From an uncultured Candidatus Saccharibacteria bacterium (GTDB lineage Bacteria > Patescibacteriota > Saccharimonadia > CAILAD01 > BJGX01): 64,000 bases of DNA. The DNA is taken from assembly GCA_964552475.1 (NCBI GenBank), contig CAZKFZ010000005.1:6224-70223 (forward strand). Direction: 5' to 3'. The position numbers and the translations under genes were made by a program. Of the stretch, positions 47,180 to 57,592 are shown piece after piece. The notes under the pieces were generated by a model. It saw only the letters and a program-made list of their open reading frames with translations, searched no databases and was not told the origin of the DNA. Within the stretch, counting starts at the first letter, position 1. Each line of letters starts with the position of its first letter.

Positions 47180-49300
47180 CTACCTCGTACTGGCTTCGCC
47201 AGCCTCACGAGCTGCACTATACTTGGTGCTCAACTCTTCAGCCACGTTGTGAGGCACCTCTGCGTAGTGGTCAAACTCCATAGCATAGCTAGCCCGTCCT
47301 TGGGTCATAGATCGCAAACTTGTGGCATAACCAAACATTTCAGCTAGTGGCACAAACGAGTGAATAATCTTTACACCTGAACGATCTTCCATATTATCTA
47401 CACGGCCACGCTTAGCGTTGATATCACCAATTACATCACCCATAAAATCTTCTGGGGTAGTAATTTCTACCTTCATGAGTGGCTCTAAGATTACTGGCTG
47501 GGCTTTTTTTACACCATCTTGCAAGGCCATAGACCCAGCGATTTTAAAAGCTAGCTCAGATGAGTCAACATCGTGATAACTACCGTCATAAAGTTTGGCG
47601 TGAATATCTACTACGGGGTATCCGGCAAGTACGCCGTTTTGCATGGCTTCAATTATGCCAGCCTCTACGGGCTTAATAAACTCCTTGGGAATGGCTCCAC
47701 CGACAATGGCGTTTTCAAACTCAAATATTTTAGTTTTGTCGTCTTCTTCGGTTTTGACTAGCGGACTAAGCTCTAGATAAACATGACCATACTGACCACG
47801 ACCACCAGATTGACGTACAAATTTACTTTCTACCTGGGCTGTGCCTTTAATGGTTTCGCGATAAGCTACTTGTGGACGACCAACGTTGGCCTCTACCTTA
47901 AACTCGCGCTTCATTCTATCAACAATAACCTCTAAGTGTAGCTCGCCCATCCCATCTATAATAGTCTGGCCCGAGTCTTCGTCGGTGTGAACACGAAATG
48001 TTGGGTCTTCTTCGGCCAAGCGGCTAAGCGCAATACTCATCTTCTCTTGGTCGGCTTTGGTTTTGGGTTCAATAGCAATACTAATAACTGGCTCTGGGAA
48101 GGTAATACTTTCTAAAACTACCGGCTTAGCCACATCGCTTAGGGTGTGCCCGGTAATAGTGGCTTTAAGGCCTACTGCGGCGGCAATTTCGCCAGCGTAT
48201 ACCTCATTTACTTCTTCGCGGTTATTGGCGTGCATACGCACTATACGGCCAATGCGTTCTTTTTCGCCAGTACTAGCATTTAACACATAGCTACCAGACT
48301 TAATTGTGCCCGAATATACTCTAAAGAAAGCTAGTTTACCCACAAATGGGTCGGTGGCTATCTTAAAAGCTAGAGCAGCAAATGGCGCGTCGTCGCTTAC
48401 CTCTAGCACTTTTTCTTCGCCAGTTTTATTATCGATCGCTAGAGGTGGCGTTACATCTAGAGGGCTAGGTAGATATTCGGTCACAATATCAAGTAGTTTT
48501 TCAACAATTACGCCTCGACCGTCACCACCAGATACTATAAAGAAGTCGCCCTTAAGTACACTTTTGCGTATGCAAGTTTTAATCTCTTCGTTGGTTAACT
48601 CGGTACCTTCAAGGTATTTTTCCATTATCGTGTCGTCAGACTCTACCGCAGCCTCTATAAGGTGTTGGCGGTAATTGGTGGCTTTTTCTACCATATCTTC
48701 AGGAATCTCAGACTCTACTAGCTCTTTGTCGGTGTAGTCTTTGTAGGTGTAGGCTTTCATAGCTATTAGATCTACTACGCCATTAATAGCTTGTTCATAA
48801 CCAATTGGTAAATGTATGGGGTAAGCTCGCTTGGTAAGGCGACCGTGAATACTCTCTAAGCTTTTGTAAAAATCGCCGCCGGTTTGGTTAATTTTATTTA
48901 TAAAACAAATGCGTGGAACGCCATATTTGTCGGCCTGACGCCAAACTGTTTCTGATTGTGGCTCTACACCCATTTTACCGTCAAAAACAGTTACAGCACC
49001 GTCAAGTACGCGAAGTGATCGCTCTACCTCTACGGTAAAGTCGATGTGACCAGGAGTATCGATTATATTAATGCGTTTTTTGTTCCAGAAACATGTAGTA
49101 GCCGCGCTAGTAATGGTAATGCCGCGTTCTTGCTCTTGCTCCATCCAGTCCATAGTGGCTTCACCTTGATGAACCTCGCCTATTTTGTGCACTTTACCGG
49201 TACGATAAAGAACTCCTTCAGTTACTGTTGTTTTACCAGCATCAATATGGGCAATAATACCAATATTACGGGTATCTTCTAAGCTATAGTCTCGTGCCAT
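47180..49300 (-). CDS. fusA: Elongation factor G
   Basis: [29 protein letters not shown]; 706 aa. Confidence 0.97.
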   Translation of the reverse strand: MARDYSLEDTRNIGIIAHIDAGKTTVTEGVLYRTGKVHKIGEVHQGEATMDWMEQEQERGITITSAATTCFWNKKRINIIDTPGHIDFTVEVERSLRVLDGAVTVFDGKMGVEPQSETVWRQADKYGVPRICFINKINQTGGDFYKSLESIHGRLTKRAYPIHLPIGYEQAINGVVDLIAMKAYTYKDYTDKELVESEIPEDMVEKATNYRQHLIEAAVESDDTIMEKYLEGTELTNEEIKTCIRKSVLKGDFFIVSGGDGRGVIVEKLLDIVTEYLPSPLDVTPPLAIDNKTGEEKVLEVSDDAPFAALAFKIATDPFVGKLAFFRVYSGTIKSGSYVLNASTGEKERIGRIVRMHANNREEVNEVYAGEIAAAVGLKATITGHTLSDVAKPVVLESITFPEPVISIAIEPKTKADQEKMSIALSRLAEEDPTFRVHTDEDSGQTIIDGMGELHLEVIVDRMKREFKVEANVGRPQVAYRETIKGTAQVESKFVRQSGGRGQYGHVYLELSPLVKTEEDDKTKIFEFENAIVGGAIPKEFIKPVEAGIIEAMQNGVLAGYPVVDIHAKLYDGSYHDVDSSELAFKIAGSMALQDGVKKAQPVILEPLMKVEITTPEDFMGDVIGDINAKRGRVDNMEDRSGVKIIHSFVPLAEMFGYATSLRSMTQGRASYAMEFDHYAEVPHNVAEELSTKYSAAREAGEASTR

Positions 49301-49478
49301 GGGATTTTAAATTGTCTCCTTTAAATGTTTACTAGAATAATTATTCCAAAATGAAAAAAGCGCCAGTTTTGGCTATTTCTGATTAATTGTAACAATTTGT
49401 CGACTTTTTTACAAGTTGAATATAATATAGCAAATTTTTTAACGATATTAATTTAAAAAAAACAAGTCGTTATGGCTA

Positions 49479-49507
49479 TTGACAGGTTAAAATGCTTATG
49501 CTATTGT
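49479..49507 (+). promoter_or_regulatory. Candidate promoter: -35 TTGACA (49479-84), 17-nt spacer, -10 TATTGT (49502-07), plus strand, reading into the structured RNA region
   Basis: Perfect -35 hexamer with exact 17-nt spacing. There is no ORF downstream for ~400 nt. Confidence 0.4.
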
Positions 49508-49644
49508 TAAATTGAACAGTGTCAACAACAAAAGAGACACAATAGCACCAAAAAAGTTCTGTACATAAATAATTCTCGACAGCACTTTTACTAATTGATA
49601 CAAACATTAAAATCAACACCAAAACATATTTAATGTTTGTGTCA

Positions 49645-49861
49645 TAACAATTGTGCTCTCAGGTGAGAGTTTTTTTATAATCTGGGTTCTTGTTGGTTAT
49701 TATGTGGCAACAGAGTGCAACGAGGGTTCTTAACACAGCCACTAAAGCAAAGATGAGAACCAGAATGCCGTGGACCGGAAGAAGCACTAACACAATGTGG
49801 TGTTTGCTTCTTCCGGCCTCGGCTAACCACATCTCTAAGGTACGCTTTAGAGATTTTTTTG
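49645..49861 (+). ncRNA. Candidate structured small RNA or cis-regulatory leader, GC-rich (~50%) in an AT-rich intergenic region. It contains a 12-bp perfect hairpin (49765-49806) and ends in a strong intrinsic terminator
   Basis: Hairpin 1 (ctctc aggt gagag plus T7) at 49645-49667 overlaps a TATAAT box. Hairpin 2 (ccggaagaagca ...18 nt... tgcttcttccgg) at 49765-49806 is a perfect 12-bp stem. A long-range pairing joins ctgggttct (49671-79) with agaaccag (49746-53). Hairpin 3 (atctctaagg tacg cctttagagat, 10-bp stem with a tetraloop) is followed by T7 at 49855-61. Its class is unknown. Confidence 0.45.
49831..49861 (+). terminator. Strong intrinsic terminator (10-bp stem, UACG loop, T7 run) closing the structured RNA, located 70 nt upstream of the first island gene
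   Basis: atctctaagg tacg ct ttagagat ttttttt, read directly from the sequence. Confidence 0.7.
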
Positions 49862-49932
49862 TACAAAATTAGTTTGACCCAATTCAAAGACTGTGTTAGT
49901 TTAAAACCTACTTCCAAAAGGAGTAGAACCTT

Positions 49933-50380
49933 GTTGAATCGCAAAAAAATACTTATCGGTATAGTTGCTGTCGTATTACTAGCGTTGCCATTTGGAATTC
50001 ATTGGTACGTTGGCTATGAAGCTCGTCATTTTGGTAGAGAAGCTGCTGATGAAGCGGTATCAAGAGCTAATCGCGCCAACTTTGCAGAGAACGAATGGAA
50101 TAAGCTTCTAAGGCTGGCCAGGGATGAAGATTTTAGAACTCTTATTGAGCAACAACTTGCCGAACAGTGTATAGATGCTAACTACATTGTTAGCCTTATG
50201 ATTCAAAGTCAATATGGCGAAACAGATAGTGAGCTTGCTGACATACTAACAGAATTACTACCGGAGCCTGCTTCACCAGAAGAATGTGCTGCCTCTAGTG
50301 GGGATAATCAAGAAGCTCAACCAGATAGTAGCGAGCAAGACACGACCACTACAACTGTCGCCATCTTGCCAGATGACTAA
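49933..50380 (+). CDS. Small membrane-anchored protein with an acidic, low-complexity C-terminus (island gene 1)
   Basis: AAGGAG RBS 7 nt before TTG 49933. One N-terminal TM (ILIGIVAVVLLALPFGIHWYV). The ORF track begins at 49859, inside the terminator, which is unlikely to be the true start. Confidence 0.5.
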
Positions 50381-50386
50381 CCTTAG

Positions 50387-50414
50387 CCCGATCAATCAAG
50401 ATCGGGTTTTTATT
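50387..50414 (+). terminator. Intrinsic terminator after island gene 1
   Basis: cccgatc aatcaa gatcggg followed by tttttatt. Confidence 0.6.
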
Positions 50415-50419
50415 GCTAA

Positions 50420-50839
50420 TTGACTCACTTTGTGCTATTATCGTCGCATTATTGTACCCTGTCAGAAAGTGAGTACTTGTTACACCCAGAGCCAGAAAAA
50501 AAACCTGAAGTTGCAAACAGACCCATATCGCCTAAAGATATCGAATTGTTCCAGCTTGAGTTAAGGTCTGAACAGCTGCTGGCAGAAAGTAAAAATTTGT
50601 TTCAAGATAATTTGGATTCTTTTAAAAGAGTAGGTTATGGTATATTAGCCAATTGGGTGCTTTTTTGTGTAGTCTTTGGTGTTGTCTTGCAAGATATTGG
50701 AGTGATTATTTTTATTACAGCACTGTGTATTGCTATTTATCTCATTATGCATATCGATCATTATCATTTCTATAAACATATCGCCAAGCCAGTTCTTGAT
50801 CTACCAAGCATCTTTGAACTACCTCATGAAAAATCATGA
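50420..50839 (+). CDS. Small membrane protein with a 2-TM C-terminus (island gene 2); start uncertain, possibly TTG near 50468
   Basis: ORF with hydrophobic segments LANWVLFCVVFGVVL and VIIFITALCIAIYLIM. A possible promoter is TTGCTA-17-TATTAT at 50413-50441. Confidence 0.4.
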   Translation: MTHFVLLSSHYCTLSESEYLLHPEPEKKPEVANRPISPKDIELFQLELRSEQLLAESKNLFQDNLDSFKRVGYGILANWVLFCVVFGVVLQDIGVIIFITALCIAIYLIMHIDHYHFYKHIAKPVLDLPSIFELPHEKS

Positions 50840-50844
50840 GGTTT

Positions 50845-51528
50845 TTACTTATATACAAGCTCTACAAAAAACCGTTCTTTTGAGCTCTCTACTAAGTTTG
50901 CTAGCTCAGGCATGCTAGCCATAAAGGGGCTATGGTTAAATTCTTCTCGCCAAGCCCAACTAGCTATACCCGGCTTTTGGGTTTTCTTGATTTCACCGTA
51001 GGGGTTTTTACCATAAAACAAATGAAACATTATCTGACTAACCAGCTCGGTGTTTTCATAGATAGTTATATAACCATCACCACGATGCGAAAGCTCGCAC
51101 TGTAGTCCAGTTTTTTCTTTTAGTTCTCGGTGAGCAGCCTGAGATACCGTTTCGCCCATATGTAGTTTGCCATACACAAACCCAACTTGCTCTATCAAGG
51201 GCTGGCGTTTACGTCTGTAGACTAGCCATTGTCCTTTTTCGTTTTGACAGGTTATAAGAGTCACTATACTTGGTTGTTTACGTGGAGTGTAGTCTTGCAG
51301 ACTCAAGCTATCAGCAAAAACCTTGCCTTCTGGGCTAAGTAAGTACAGTCCGTCTTCATTTTTTACCACCAAACCATCCTTGATAAGCGCATTTAGATGA
51401 TACATGAAGTGATTGCCTTCTACGTCCGAGGGTTTGAGTTTACTGTAACGCAAATAAGGATTGGTAATGAGTTTTGATAGAATGTCTTTTTGGATTCTAT
51501 GAGGCATATACATATGATATATCCACAT
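50845..51528 (-). CDS. Winged-HTH-like N-terminal domain fused to a Nudix hydrolase domain (island gene 3); candidate nucleotide-sensing regulator or enzyme
   Basis: Nudix box GKLHMGETVSQAAHRELKEKTGL (Gx5Ex7REUxEKxGU, one E-to-K substitution). The N-terminal ~75 aa have a wHTH-like pattern (ILSKLITNPYLRYSKLKP...GNHFMYHLNALIKDGLV). Confidence 0.6.
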   Translation of the reverse strand: MWIYHMYMPHRIQKDILSKLITNPYLRYSKLKPSDVEGNHFMYHLNALIKDGLVVKNEDGLYLLSPEGKVFADSLSLQDYTPRKQPSIVTLITCQNEKGQWLVYRRKRQPLIEQVGFVYGKLHMGETVSQAAHRELKEKTGLQCELSHRGDGYITIYENTELVSQIMFHLFYGKNPYGEIKKTQKPGIASWAWREEFNHSPFMASMPELANLVESSKERFFVELVYK

Positions 51529-51704
51529 ACTTCTTTAGTCAATAAACATATTGTATATTCAAATTTGAGTCATTTCAAATAGTAACCATTTATTTTTAGT
51601 TAATCTTTTTGTGTATAAGTACTGTTATTTATTATATTATTGCCAATTTAGAATTAAAATGATATTATAGCTTTCAGTTTTGCACCTACTGTTAGGAGAA
51701 AAGA

Positions 51705-52733
51705 TTGAAAGAGTCACAGTATTATCGTGGCTACAGCCACTTTAAAAATTGTGTATCAGCTTGGTTTGCAGTTCTATTCTTTGTCGGACTAGCTGTTGTA
51801 TCGGGACTTATCTGGAACAACAACAGACTCTGGGGTGATGAGAACAAAGACATTCGAATTGCACAAGCTAATAATGATTTTTGGGCGATGGTTTCGGGGC
51901 AGTTGTCAATTCAAGATAATGTCTATGGGAACTTTGCGAGTGATCTGTATGAATTCACTCAAAAAGACGCTCCAAGCGATGGATTAGTAGAAGTAACTAC
52001 CGACACCATCAATACTCAACAAACCACTCCGGGTTACAACCCTTTGGTGGTAGATTCGCTAGATGAGTTTGTTGCACCGATCGATTTGTATGACGGGTTT
52101 GAAGAAGCAACTGGCATTAATGCCTTTGCCGGAGTGGATGTTTCTGAAGACTCCATAAGAGACGCTGGAAGACTAAAGAGTAGCTTTGTCGACAATGTTA
52201 ATCAGGTAGTCTCTGGAGATAGTACTGGGCTGTTAGAGCAATCAACTAGCCACAAATACACATATTACAGCTGGAATATCTGGCGAGAGTTAGCTGGACT
52301 ATACCTTTTAGTGGGCGTAATAGCTCTACTGCTAGGTGGGGTGCACTTTAGGTGCGATGACTACTACTGTAATAAACCACACTACACTATGTATGGGTGG
52401 TCAAAACCAGCTCATCATACGGGTGCGAAGATCTGGCTAGCAATTCTTTGCCCCATAATGTTTGTACTGTGGCTAGCACTACGGCTGGTTAGTTGGCCGT
52501 TTAGGGTGTTGATAAACTGGATCAACAATCAATACGATATCATTCAAGGTAGAGTTAAAATTAAGAAACAGGGTGATAGCCTTCAAATTTCTACAACAAA
52601 GTTGATTGACGACTTAAGCCTGTACCGAGACAATATAGTTCAGCTTCAACCTCAAAGTGAACAAGAAATTTATCTCGAAGAGATTAACAGACTTATTGAG
52701 ACACTAAAAGCCAACCAACCTCAATCTCTATAA
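51705..52733 (+). CDS. 3-TM membrane protein with a ~190-aa extracytoplasmic domain and a C-terminal coiled coil (island gene 4), GC ~45%
   Basis: AGGAGA RBS 5 nt before TTG 51705; hydrophobic segments at residues ~20-38, ~200-220 and ~250-270. I recognise no motif. Confidence 0.55.
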   Translation: MKESQYYRGYSHFKNCVSAWFAVLFFVGLAVVSGLIWNNNRLWGDENKDIRIAQANNDFWAMVSGQLSIQDNVYGNFASDLYEFTQKDAPSDGLVEVTTDTINTQQTTPGYNPLVVDSLDEFVAPIDLYDGFEEATGINAFAGVDVSEDSIRDAGRLKSSFVDNVNQVVSGDSTGLLEQSTSHKYTYYSWNIWRELAGLYLLVGVIALLLGGVHFRCDDYYCNKPHYTMYGWSKPAHHTGAKIWLAILCPIMFVLWLALRLVSWPFRVLINWINNQYDIIQGRVKIKKQGDSLQISTTKLIDDLSLYRDNIVQLQPQSEQEIYLEEINRLIETLKANQPQSL

Positions 52734-52764
52734 AATGCATTGTAAGCAAAAACCCCGATTAATA

Positions 52765-52793
52765 CTCGGGGTTTTTAACTATCAAAAAACCAC
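52765..52793. terminator. Bidirectional intrinsic terminator
   Basis: aaaaa ccccg attaatact cgggg ttttt. Confidence 0.7.
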
Positions 52794-52800
52794 CGATACT

Positions 52801-52828
52801 GGTGGTTTTTTGATAGTTTATACAGAAT
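52801..52828. terminator. Second bidirectional intrinsic terminator, 3 nt after the rpsG stop
   Basis: aaaaaa ccacc gatact ggtgg tttttt. Confidence 0.7.
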
Positions 52829-52830
52829 GT

Positions 52831-53307
52831 TTAATATCTGGCAAAGTGGGCAAAGGCTTTATTGGCTTCAGCCATCTGGTGAGCATCTTGACGCTTCTTA
52901 ATAGCATCACCTTCGTTGTTGTAGGCATTAATTAGCTCGTTGGCCAATCGCTTATCGAAGCTTTTACCTGATTTATTGCGGGCACTGTCTAGTATCCATA
53001 TGAGTGCATAGTGAGTCTTACGATCACCCTTCACTTCCATGGGCACCTGGTAGTTAGCACCACCAATTCTTTTACTTTTTACCATAACATTAGGACTAAC
53101 GTTTTTTACCGCCGTTTCTAGTACCTCGGCTGGTTCTACCTTGGTTTTTACAGCTGCTTGTTCAATGGCCGAATACACCAATCGTTCTGCGATTTGCTTC
53201 TTACCGTGGTTCATTACCTTGTTAATGGTCTTCGAAACCAAAACACTTTTATAGACGCGGTCTGGTGGTATTACTCTTTTTAGTGATTTTGTAACTTTTC
53301 TTGGCAT
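52831..53307 (-). CDS. rpsG: 30S ribosomal protein S7
   Basis: [21 protein letters not shown]...[36 protein letters not shown]. Confidence 0.95.
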   Translation of the reverse strand: [158 protein letters not shown]

Positions 53308-53316
53308 AACAAACTC

Positions 53317-53739
53317 TTAAGCTTTCTTGGCGCCTTCGCGCTTTGTGCCGTATTTACTTCTACCCTGTTTACGATCTGAAACACCTGCGGTATCTAGTGC
53401 TCCACGCACCACATGATAACGCACACCAGGTAAGTCTTTCACTCTTCCACCACGAATAAGCACTACAGAGTGCTCTTGTAAATTGTGTCCTTCGCCACCA
53501 ATATAAGCAGTAACTTCCATACCGTTAGTAAGGCGCACACGGGCCACCTTACGAAGCGCTGAGTTTGGCTTTTTGGGCGTTTGAGTAAAAACCTTGGTGC
53601 ACACACCACGCTTTAAGGGTGAGTTTAGATTGCTTGAGCGTACTTTTAGAGCATTAAAACTACGAGCCAAAGCTGGTGCTTTGTTCTTTTTGCCTTTGCT
53701 AGCTCTAGGCTTTCTAATTAGTTGATTTATAGTCGGCAT
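53317..53739 (-). CDS. rpsL: 30S ribosomal protein S12
   Basis: [12 protein letters not shown]...[19 protein letters not shown]... Confidence 0.95.
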   Translation of the reverse strand: MPTINQLIRKPRASKGKKNKAPALARSFNALKVRSSNLNSPLKRGVCTKVFTQTPKKPNSALRKVARVRLTNGMEVTAYIGGEGHNLQEHSVVLIRGGRVKDLPGVRYHVVRGALDTAGVSDRKQGRSKYGTKREGAKKA

Positions 53740-53801
53740 AATATAGTATCTTTTTTAAACTAAATTTAACTTCATTAGCTTATCAGATAGACCCCTTCTG
53801 G

Positions 53802-56800
53802 TCAAGCTTCTTCTCTTTCACTAAAACCTGTACCTACTGGAATGAGTCTACCAATAATCACATTCTCTTTAAGACCTCGTAGCTTGTCTTGTTTACCACG
53901 CATGGCTGCAGATATTAGCACTTTAGTGGTTTCTTGGAAACTTGCTGCAGAAAGCCAACTATCTGAACTTGTTGATATCTTAGTAATTGGCATTAGAAGA
54001 TTTTCAAAGCTAGCTGGTTTACCCTTACCCTCTTTGGCTTTGGTATTTTCTTCTATTAGCGCTGCTCGAGAAACAATATCTCCAGATATAAACTCGGTGT
54101 CCGCAGGTTCTTCAATCCGAACTCTTGAGAACATCTGTCTTATTATCACTTCAATATGTTTAGCAGCGATAGTCTGACCTTGACTTAAGTAGATTGCTTG
54201 AACTTCGTCAATAATATATCTTTGAACAGATTCTTCACCTTGAAGCTTGAGCATATCTTGAAGATTTACCGAGCCTTCGGTTAGACGCTGGCCAATCTCT
54301 ACTCGATCACCATTTTTTACTTCTACAGAGGTGTACTCGCTTGTAGTATATTGGCGAGTGTTACCGCTATCGTGAGTAAGCACTATTTCATCCTTTTCAA
54401 CCGTTACTGTGCCTATTCCACCTGCTTTAACAGTCTTTTTACCATCGGCAGAAATAGCCAATACCTGCGAGCGCGTTACCTGCACACCTGTTTTCACTTT
54501 TGGTTTCATATCTTTTAGCGGATAACGAGTTATCTTTTGATCATCAGGAACAATACTAATAACTTGTTTGGTGTCTTTTTTGGTAATCTTTGCTGTACCT
54601 GCTATTTCTGAGAGTATTGCCTGTCCTTTAGGAGCTCGGGCTTCGAATATTTCCTCTACTCGAGGTAGACCCTGAGTAATATCTCCGCCAATACCAGTTT
54701 GGTGCTTTGTGTCCATGGTTAGCTGCGTTCCTGGCTCACCAATACTCTGGGCAGCCATAATACCTACCGCCTCACCCAACACAACAGGATCACCCTTGGC
54801 TAAGTCAATACCATAACACTTCTGACAAAGTCCCCACGCACTTCTACATTTTAGAATTGAGCGAATTCTAATACTTTCTAGCTCTAAATCTTCAATACGA
54901 CGAGCTGCAGTATCTGAAATTAACTGACCTTTTTTTACAATTACTTCAGATGTCTTAGGATCGATAACTTTCTCCATAGAAGTCCTACCAACTATCCAGG
55001 CTGATAAGCCCTCTTCTCCGGTTGCAATTGCTTCTGCTCGACTCATTACATAACCTTCTTTGTCACCACAATCGTTTTCAGAAATAACAATGTCTTGAGC
55101 GACATCGACAAGACGTCTAGTAAGATATCCAGATTCCGAAGTACGTAGTGCAGTATCGGTTAAACCTTTTCGAGCACCGTGAGTAGATATAAAGTACTCA
55201 AGTACACCCAGCCCATCTTTGTAATTAGATCGAACAGGTAGTTCAATAACTCGCCCAGCAGGACTAAGCATTAAGCCAAGCATACCACTCATCTTGTTTA
55301 TTTGTCCCAAGCTCGCACGAGAACCAGATTCTAAATCGTCCTGCAAAGTTGAACTTGAATTTGCCAAGGTTTCGCCAAGTAGAGCTTCAATGTCTTCACC
55401 GACCTTTTTCCAGGTTTCCACGGTACGTGCGTATCTTTCATTGTTGGTAATAAGACCCTGTTGATATTGTCCAACATACTCCAAGACCTTAGATTCACCC
55501 TCTTTGATTAGTCGACCCCGATCTTCTGGCACTACTAAATCATCCATGCCAATTGATATACCAGACTGGGTAGCATACTTAAAACCAAGATCTTTGATGT
55601 CGTCTACTAAATTAGCTGTGGCTTCTTGGCCGTGCTCTGTAAATACTTCAGCCATAATCTTCTGTAGACTAGATTTTACTAATGTGTCGTTTACATAGCT
55701 CATATTTTCTGGCAAAATTTCATTAAAGAACACTCTACCTACGGTAGTATCTTCAATTTTATCCTTAACTCTTACCTTTACCATAGCTCGTAGATCTATA
55801 TGGCCTTCTTGATAGGCCATAATAGCTTCAGCGGTATCACTAAATACCTTACCCTCACCGTTTAAGCCTGGTTTAGTGCCAGTCAAGAAAAAGCAACCTA
55901 ATACAACGTCCTGACTAGGCTTAACTACCGGCTCACCGCTAGACGGTTTTAGCAAGTTGTGCTTAGACAACATTATTTCTCTTGCTTCTTTTTGAGCAGC
56001 TTCAGAGAGAGGTACATGTACGGCCATTTGATCACCATCAAAGTCGGCGTTAAAGGCAGTACATACCATTGGGTGTAATTGAATAGCCTTACCTTCTATA
56101 AGGATAGGTTTAAAAGCTTGTATACCAAGTCTGTGTAGGGTTGGCGCTCTATTGAGTAATACGTATTTGTCAGCAATGACCTCATCAAGGGTGTCCCAAA
56201 CTTCACTACGTGCTCGTTCAATCATGCGAGTAGTTGATTTTACATTGTGTGCAATACCTTTTTCTATTAGCTTACCTATTACAAATGGCTTAAACAGCTC
56301 AAGGGCCATCATTTTTGGCAATCCACATTGGTCGAGTTTTAGGTGGGGTCCAATAACAATTACCGATCTACCAGAGTAGTCTACACGTTTACCAAGTAGG
56401 TTTTGACGAAATCTACCTTGCTTACCTTTTAGTAGGTCGGTAAGGCTCTTAAGTTTTTTACGGCTACCGGCTGCAGAAACCGCTCTATCGCGACGAGCAT
56501 TATTATCTATTAACGCATCAACAGCTTCTTGAAGCATACGTTTTTCGTTTCTACAAATAACTTCTGGAGCTTCTAGAGCAAAAAGTTTCTTAAGTCGGTT
56601 GTTTCGATTGATTACACGGCGATATAGATCATTAAGATCAGAGGCGGCAAAACGCCCACCGTCTAGCTGAACCATTGGTCGAAGATCTGGTGGTATCACA
56701 GGCAGGTTGGTGGTTATCATCCAATCGGCTTTGATGCCAGATTGTACCATGCCCTCAATAAGCTTGAGTCTTTTAAGGGCTTTTTTCTTCTTCTGACCTA

Positions 56801-57590
56801 CCGACTCATCAGCTTCTATGCGTAATTTTTTAGCGAGTTCAGCCAAGTCGATATTCTCTAGTAATTGTTGTAATGCTTCTGCGCCAATACCTGCTCTAAA
56901 AACTTGACCAAATTTCATGTTTAGCTCACGATAACGACTTTCTGGTAAGAGTTGGTGTGGAGCTAGGTTTGTAAGATCTGTCTTTGCGCTTGTGTAATTT
57001 GCATCTAGCTCTTCAAGCTCTTGAGCGGCTTCGTCTGGTATAATGTCTGCCTTAGAGCCCTTAAGATTATATTTTTTCAAGATATCTTTATGTTTGCTTT
57101 CGAAATCATTCTTTAAATCTTTCAAGGCAGCAGCTTTTGCATCCTCATCTACGTCGGTTACGATAAAATTAGCAAAATAAACCACTCTTTCTAAATCTCT
57201 AATACCAACGTTTAGAACGAGACTAATAGGACTAGGTGTACCTCTTAAGAACCATATGTGAGCAACCGGAACCGAAAGGGCAATATGTGCCATACGTTCT
57301 CGTCTTACAATGCTGCGAGTCACTAATACACCACATTTATCACATTCTATACCTTTGTAGCGAATACCCTTGTACTTACCACAGTAACATTGCCAGTCTT
57401 TGGTGGGTCCAAATATCTTTTCGCAAAACAATCCGTCTTTTTCAGGTTTTTGTGTTCGATAATTAATGGTTTCTGGTTTTGTAACTTCACCATGCGACCA
57501 ATCTAATATGTGCTCAGGACTAGCTACTGATAGCTTAATGGCATCAAAGTCGATTATTTGGGGTTCGTGTATCATGTTTTCGTTATTCAT
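53802..57590 (-). CDS. rpoC: DNA-directed RNA polymerase beta-prime subunit
   Basis: [16 protein letters not shown] catalytic motif and Zn-finger [21 protein letters not shown]; 1262 aa. Confidence 0.97.
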   Translation of the reverse strand: MNNENMIHEPQIIDFDAIKLSVASPEHILDWSHGEVTKPETINYRTQKPEKDGLFCEKIFGPTKDWQCYCGKYKGIRYKGIECDKCGVLVTRSIVRRERMAHIALSVPVAHIWFLRGTPSPISLVLNVGIRDLERVVYFANFIVTDVDEDAKAAALKDLKNDFESKHKDILKKYNLKGSKADIIPDEAAQELEELDANYTSAKTDLTNLAPHQLLPESRYRELNMKFGQVFRAGIGAEALQQLLENIDLAELAKKLRIEADESVGQKKKKALKRLKLIEGMVQSGIKADWMITTNLPVIPPDLRPMVQLDGGRFAASDLNDLYRRVINRNNRLKKLFALEAPEVICRNEKRMLQEAVDALIDNNARRDRAVSAAGSRKKLKSLTDLLKGKQGRFRQNLLGKRVDYSGRSVIVIGPHLKLDQCGLPKMMALELFKPFVIGKLIEKGIAHNVKSTTRMIERARSEVWDTLDEVIADKYVLLNRAPTLHRLGIQAFKPILIEGKAIQLHPMVCTAFNADFDGDQMAVHVPLSEAAQKEAREIMLSKHNLLKPSSGEPVVKPSQDVVLGCFFLTGTKPGLNGEGKVFSDTAEAIMAYQEGHIDLRAMVKVRVKDKIEDTTVGRVFFNEILPENMSYVNDTLVKSSLQKIMAEVFTEHGQEATANLVDDIKDLGFKYATQSGISIGMDDLVVPEDRGRLIKEGESKVLEYVGQYQQGLITNNERYARTVETWKKVGEDIEALLGETLANSSSTLQDDLESGSRASLGQINKMSGMLGLMLSPAGRVIELPVRSNYKDGLGVLEYFISTHGARKGLTDTALRTSESGYLTRRLVDVAQDIVISENDCGDKEGYVMSRAEAIATGEEGLSAWIVGRTSMEKVIDPKTSEVIVKKGQLISDTAARRIEDLELESIRIRSILKCRSAWGLCQKCYGIDLAKGDPVVLGEAVGIMAAQSIGEPGTQLTMDTKHQTGIGGDITQGLPRVEEIFEARAPKGQAILSEIAGTAKITKKDTKQVISIVPDDQKITRYPLKDMKPKVKTGVQVTRSQVLAISADGKKTVKAGGIGTVTVEKDEIVLTHDSGNTRQYTTSEYTSVEVKNGDRVEIGQRLTEGSVNLQDMLKLQGEESVQRYIIDEVQAIYLSQGQTIAAKHIEVIIRQMFSRVRIEEPADTEFISGDIVSRAALIEENTKAKEGKGKPASFENLLMPITKISTSSDSWLSAASFQETTKVLISAAMRGKQDKLRGLKENVIIGRLIPVGTGFSEREEA

Positions 57591-57592
57591 CT

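Noticed and set aside
49671-49830. Possible SRP RNA or RNase P RNA identity for the structured RNA
   Set aside because: There are short motif resemblances (CCGGAAG-AAGCA; GCAACAGAGnGCAA). However, the perfect 12-bp helix is incompatible with SRP domain IV internal loops. No GGAAAGTCCGG P4 element is present for RNase P. The region is kept only as an unclassified RNA candidate.
49675-49944. 89-aa minus-strand ORF and 60-aa plus-strand ORF in the fusA-island spacer
   Set aside because: They coincide with the perfect 12-bp hairpin and the terminators and have no RBS. The unusual composition is better explained by a structured RNA.
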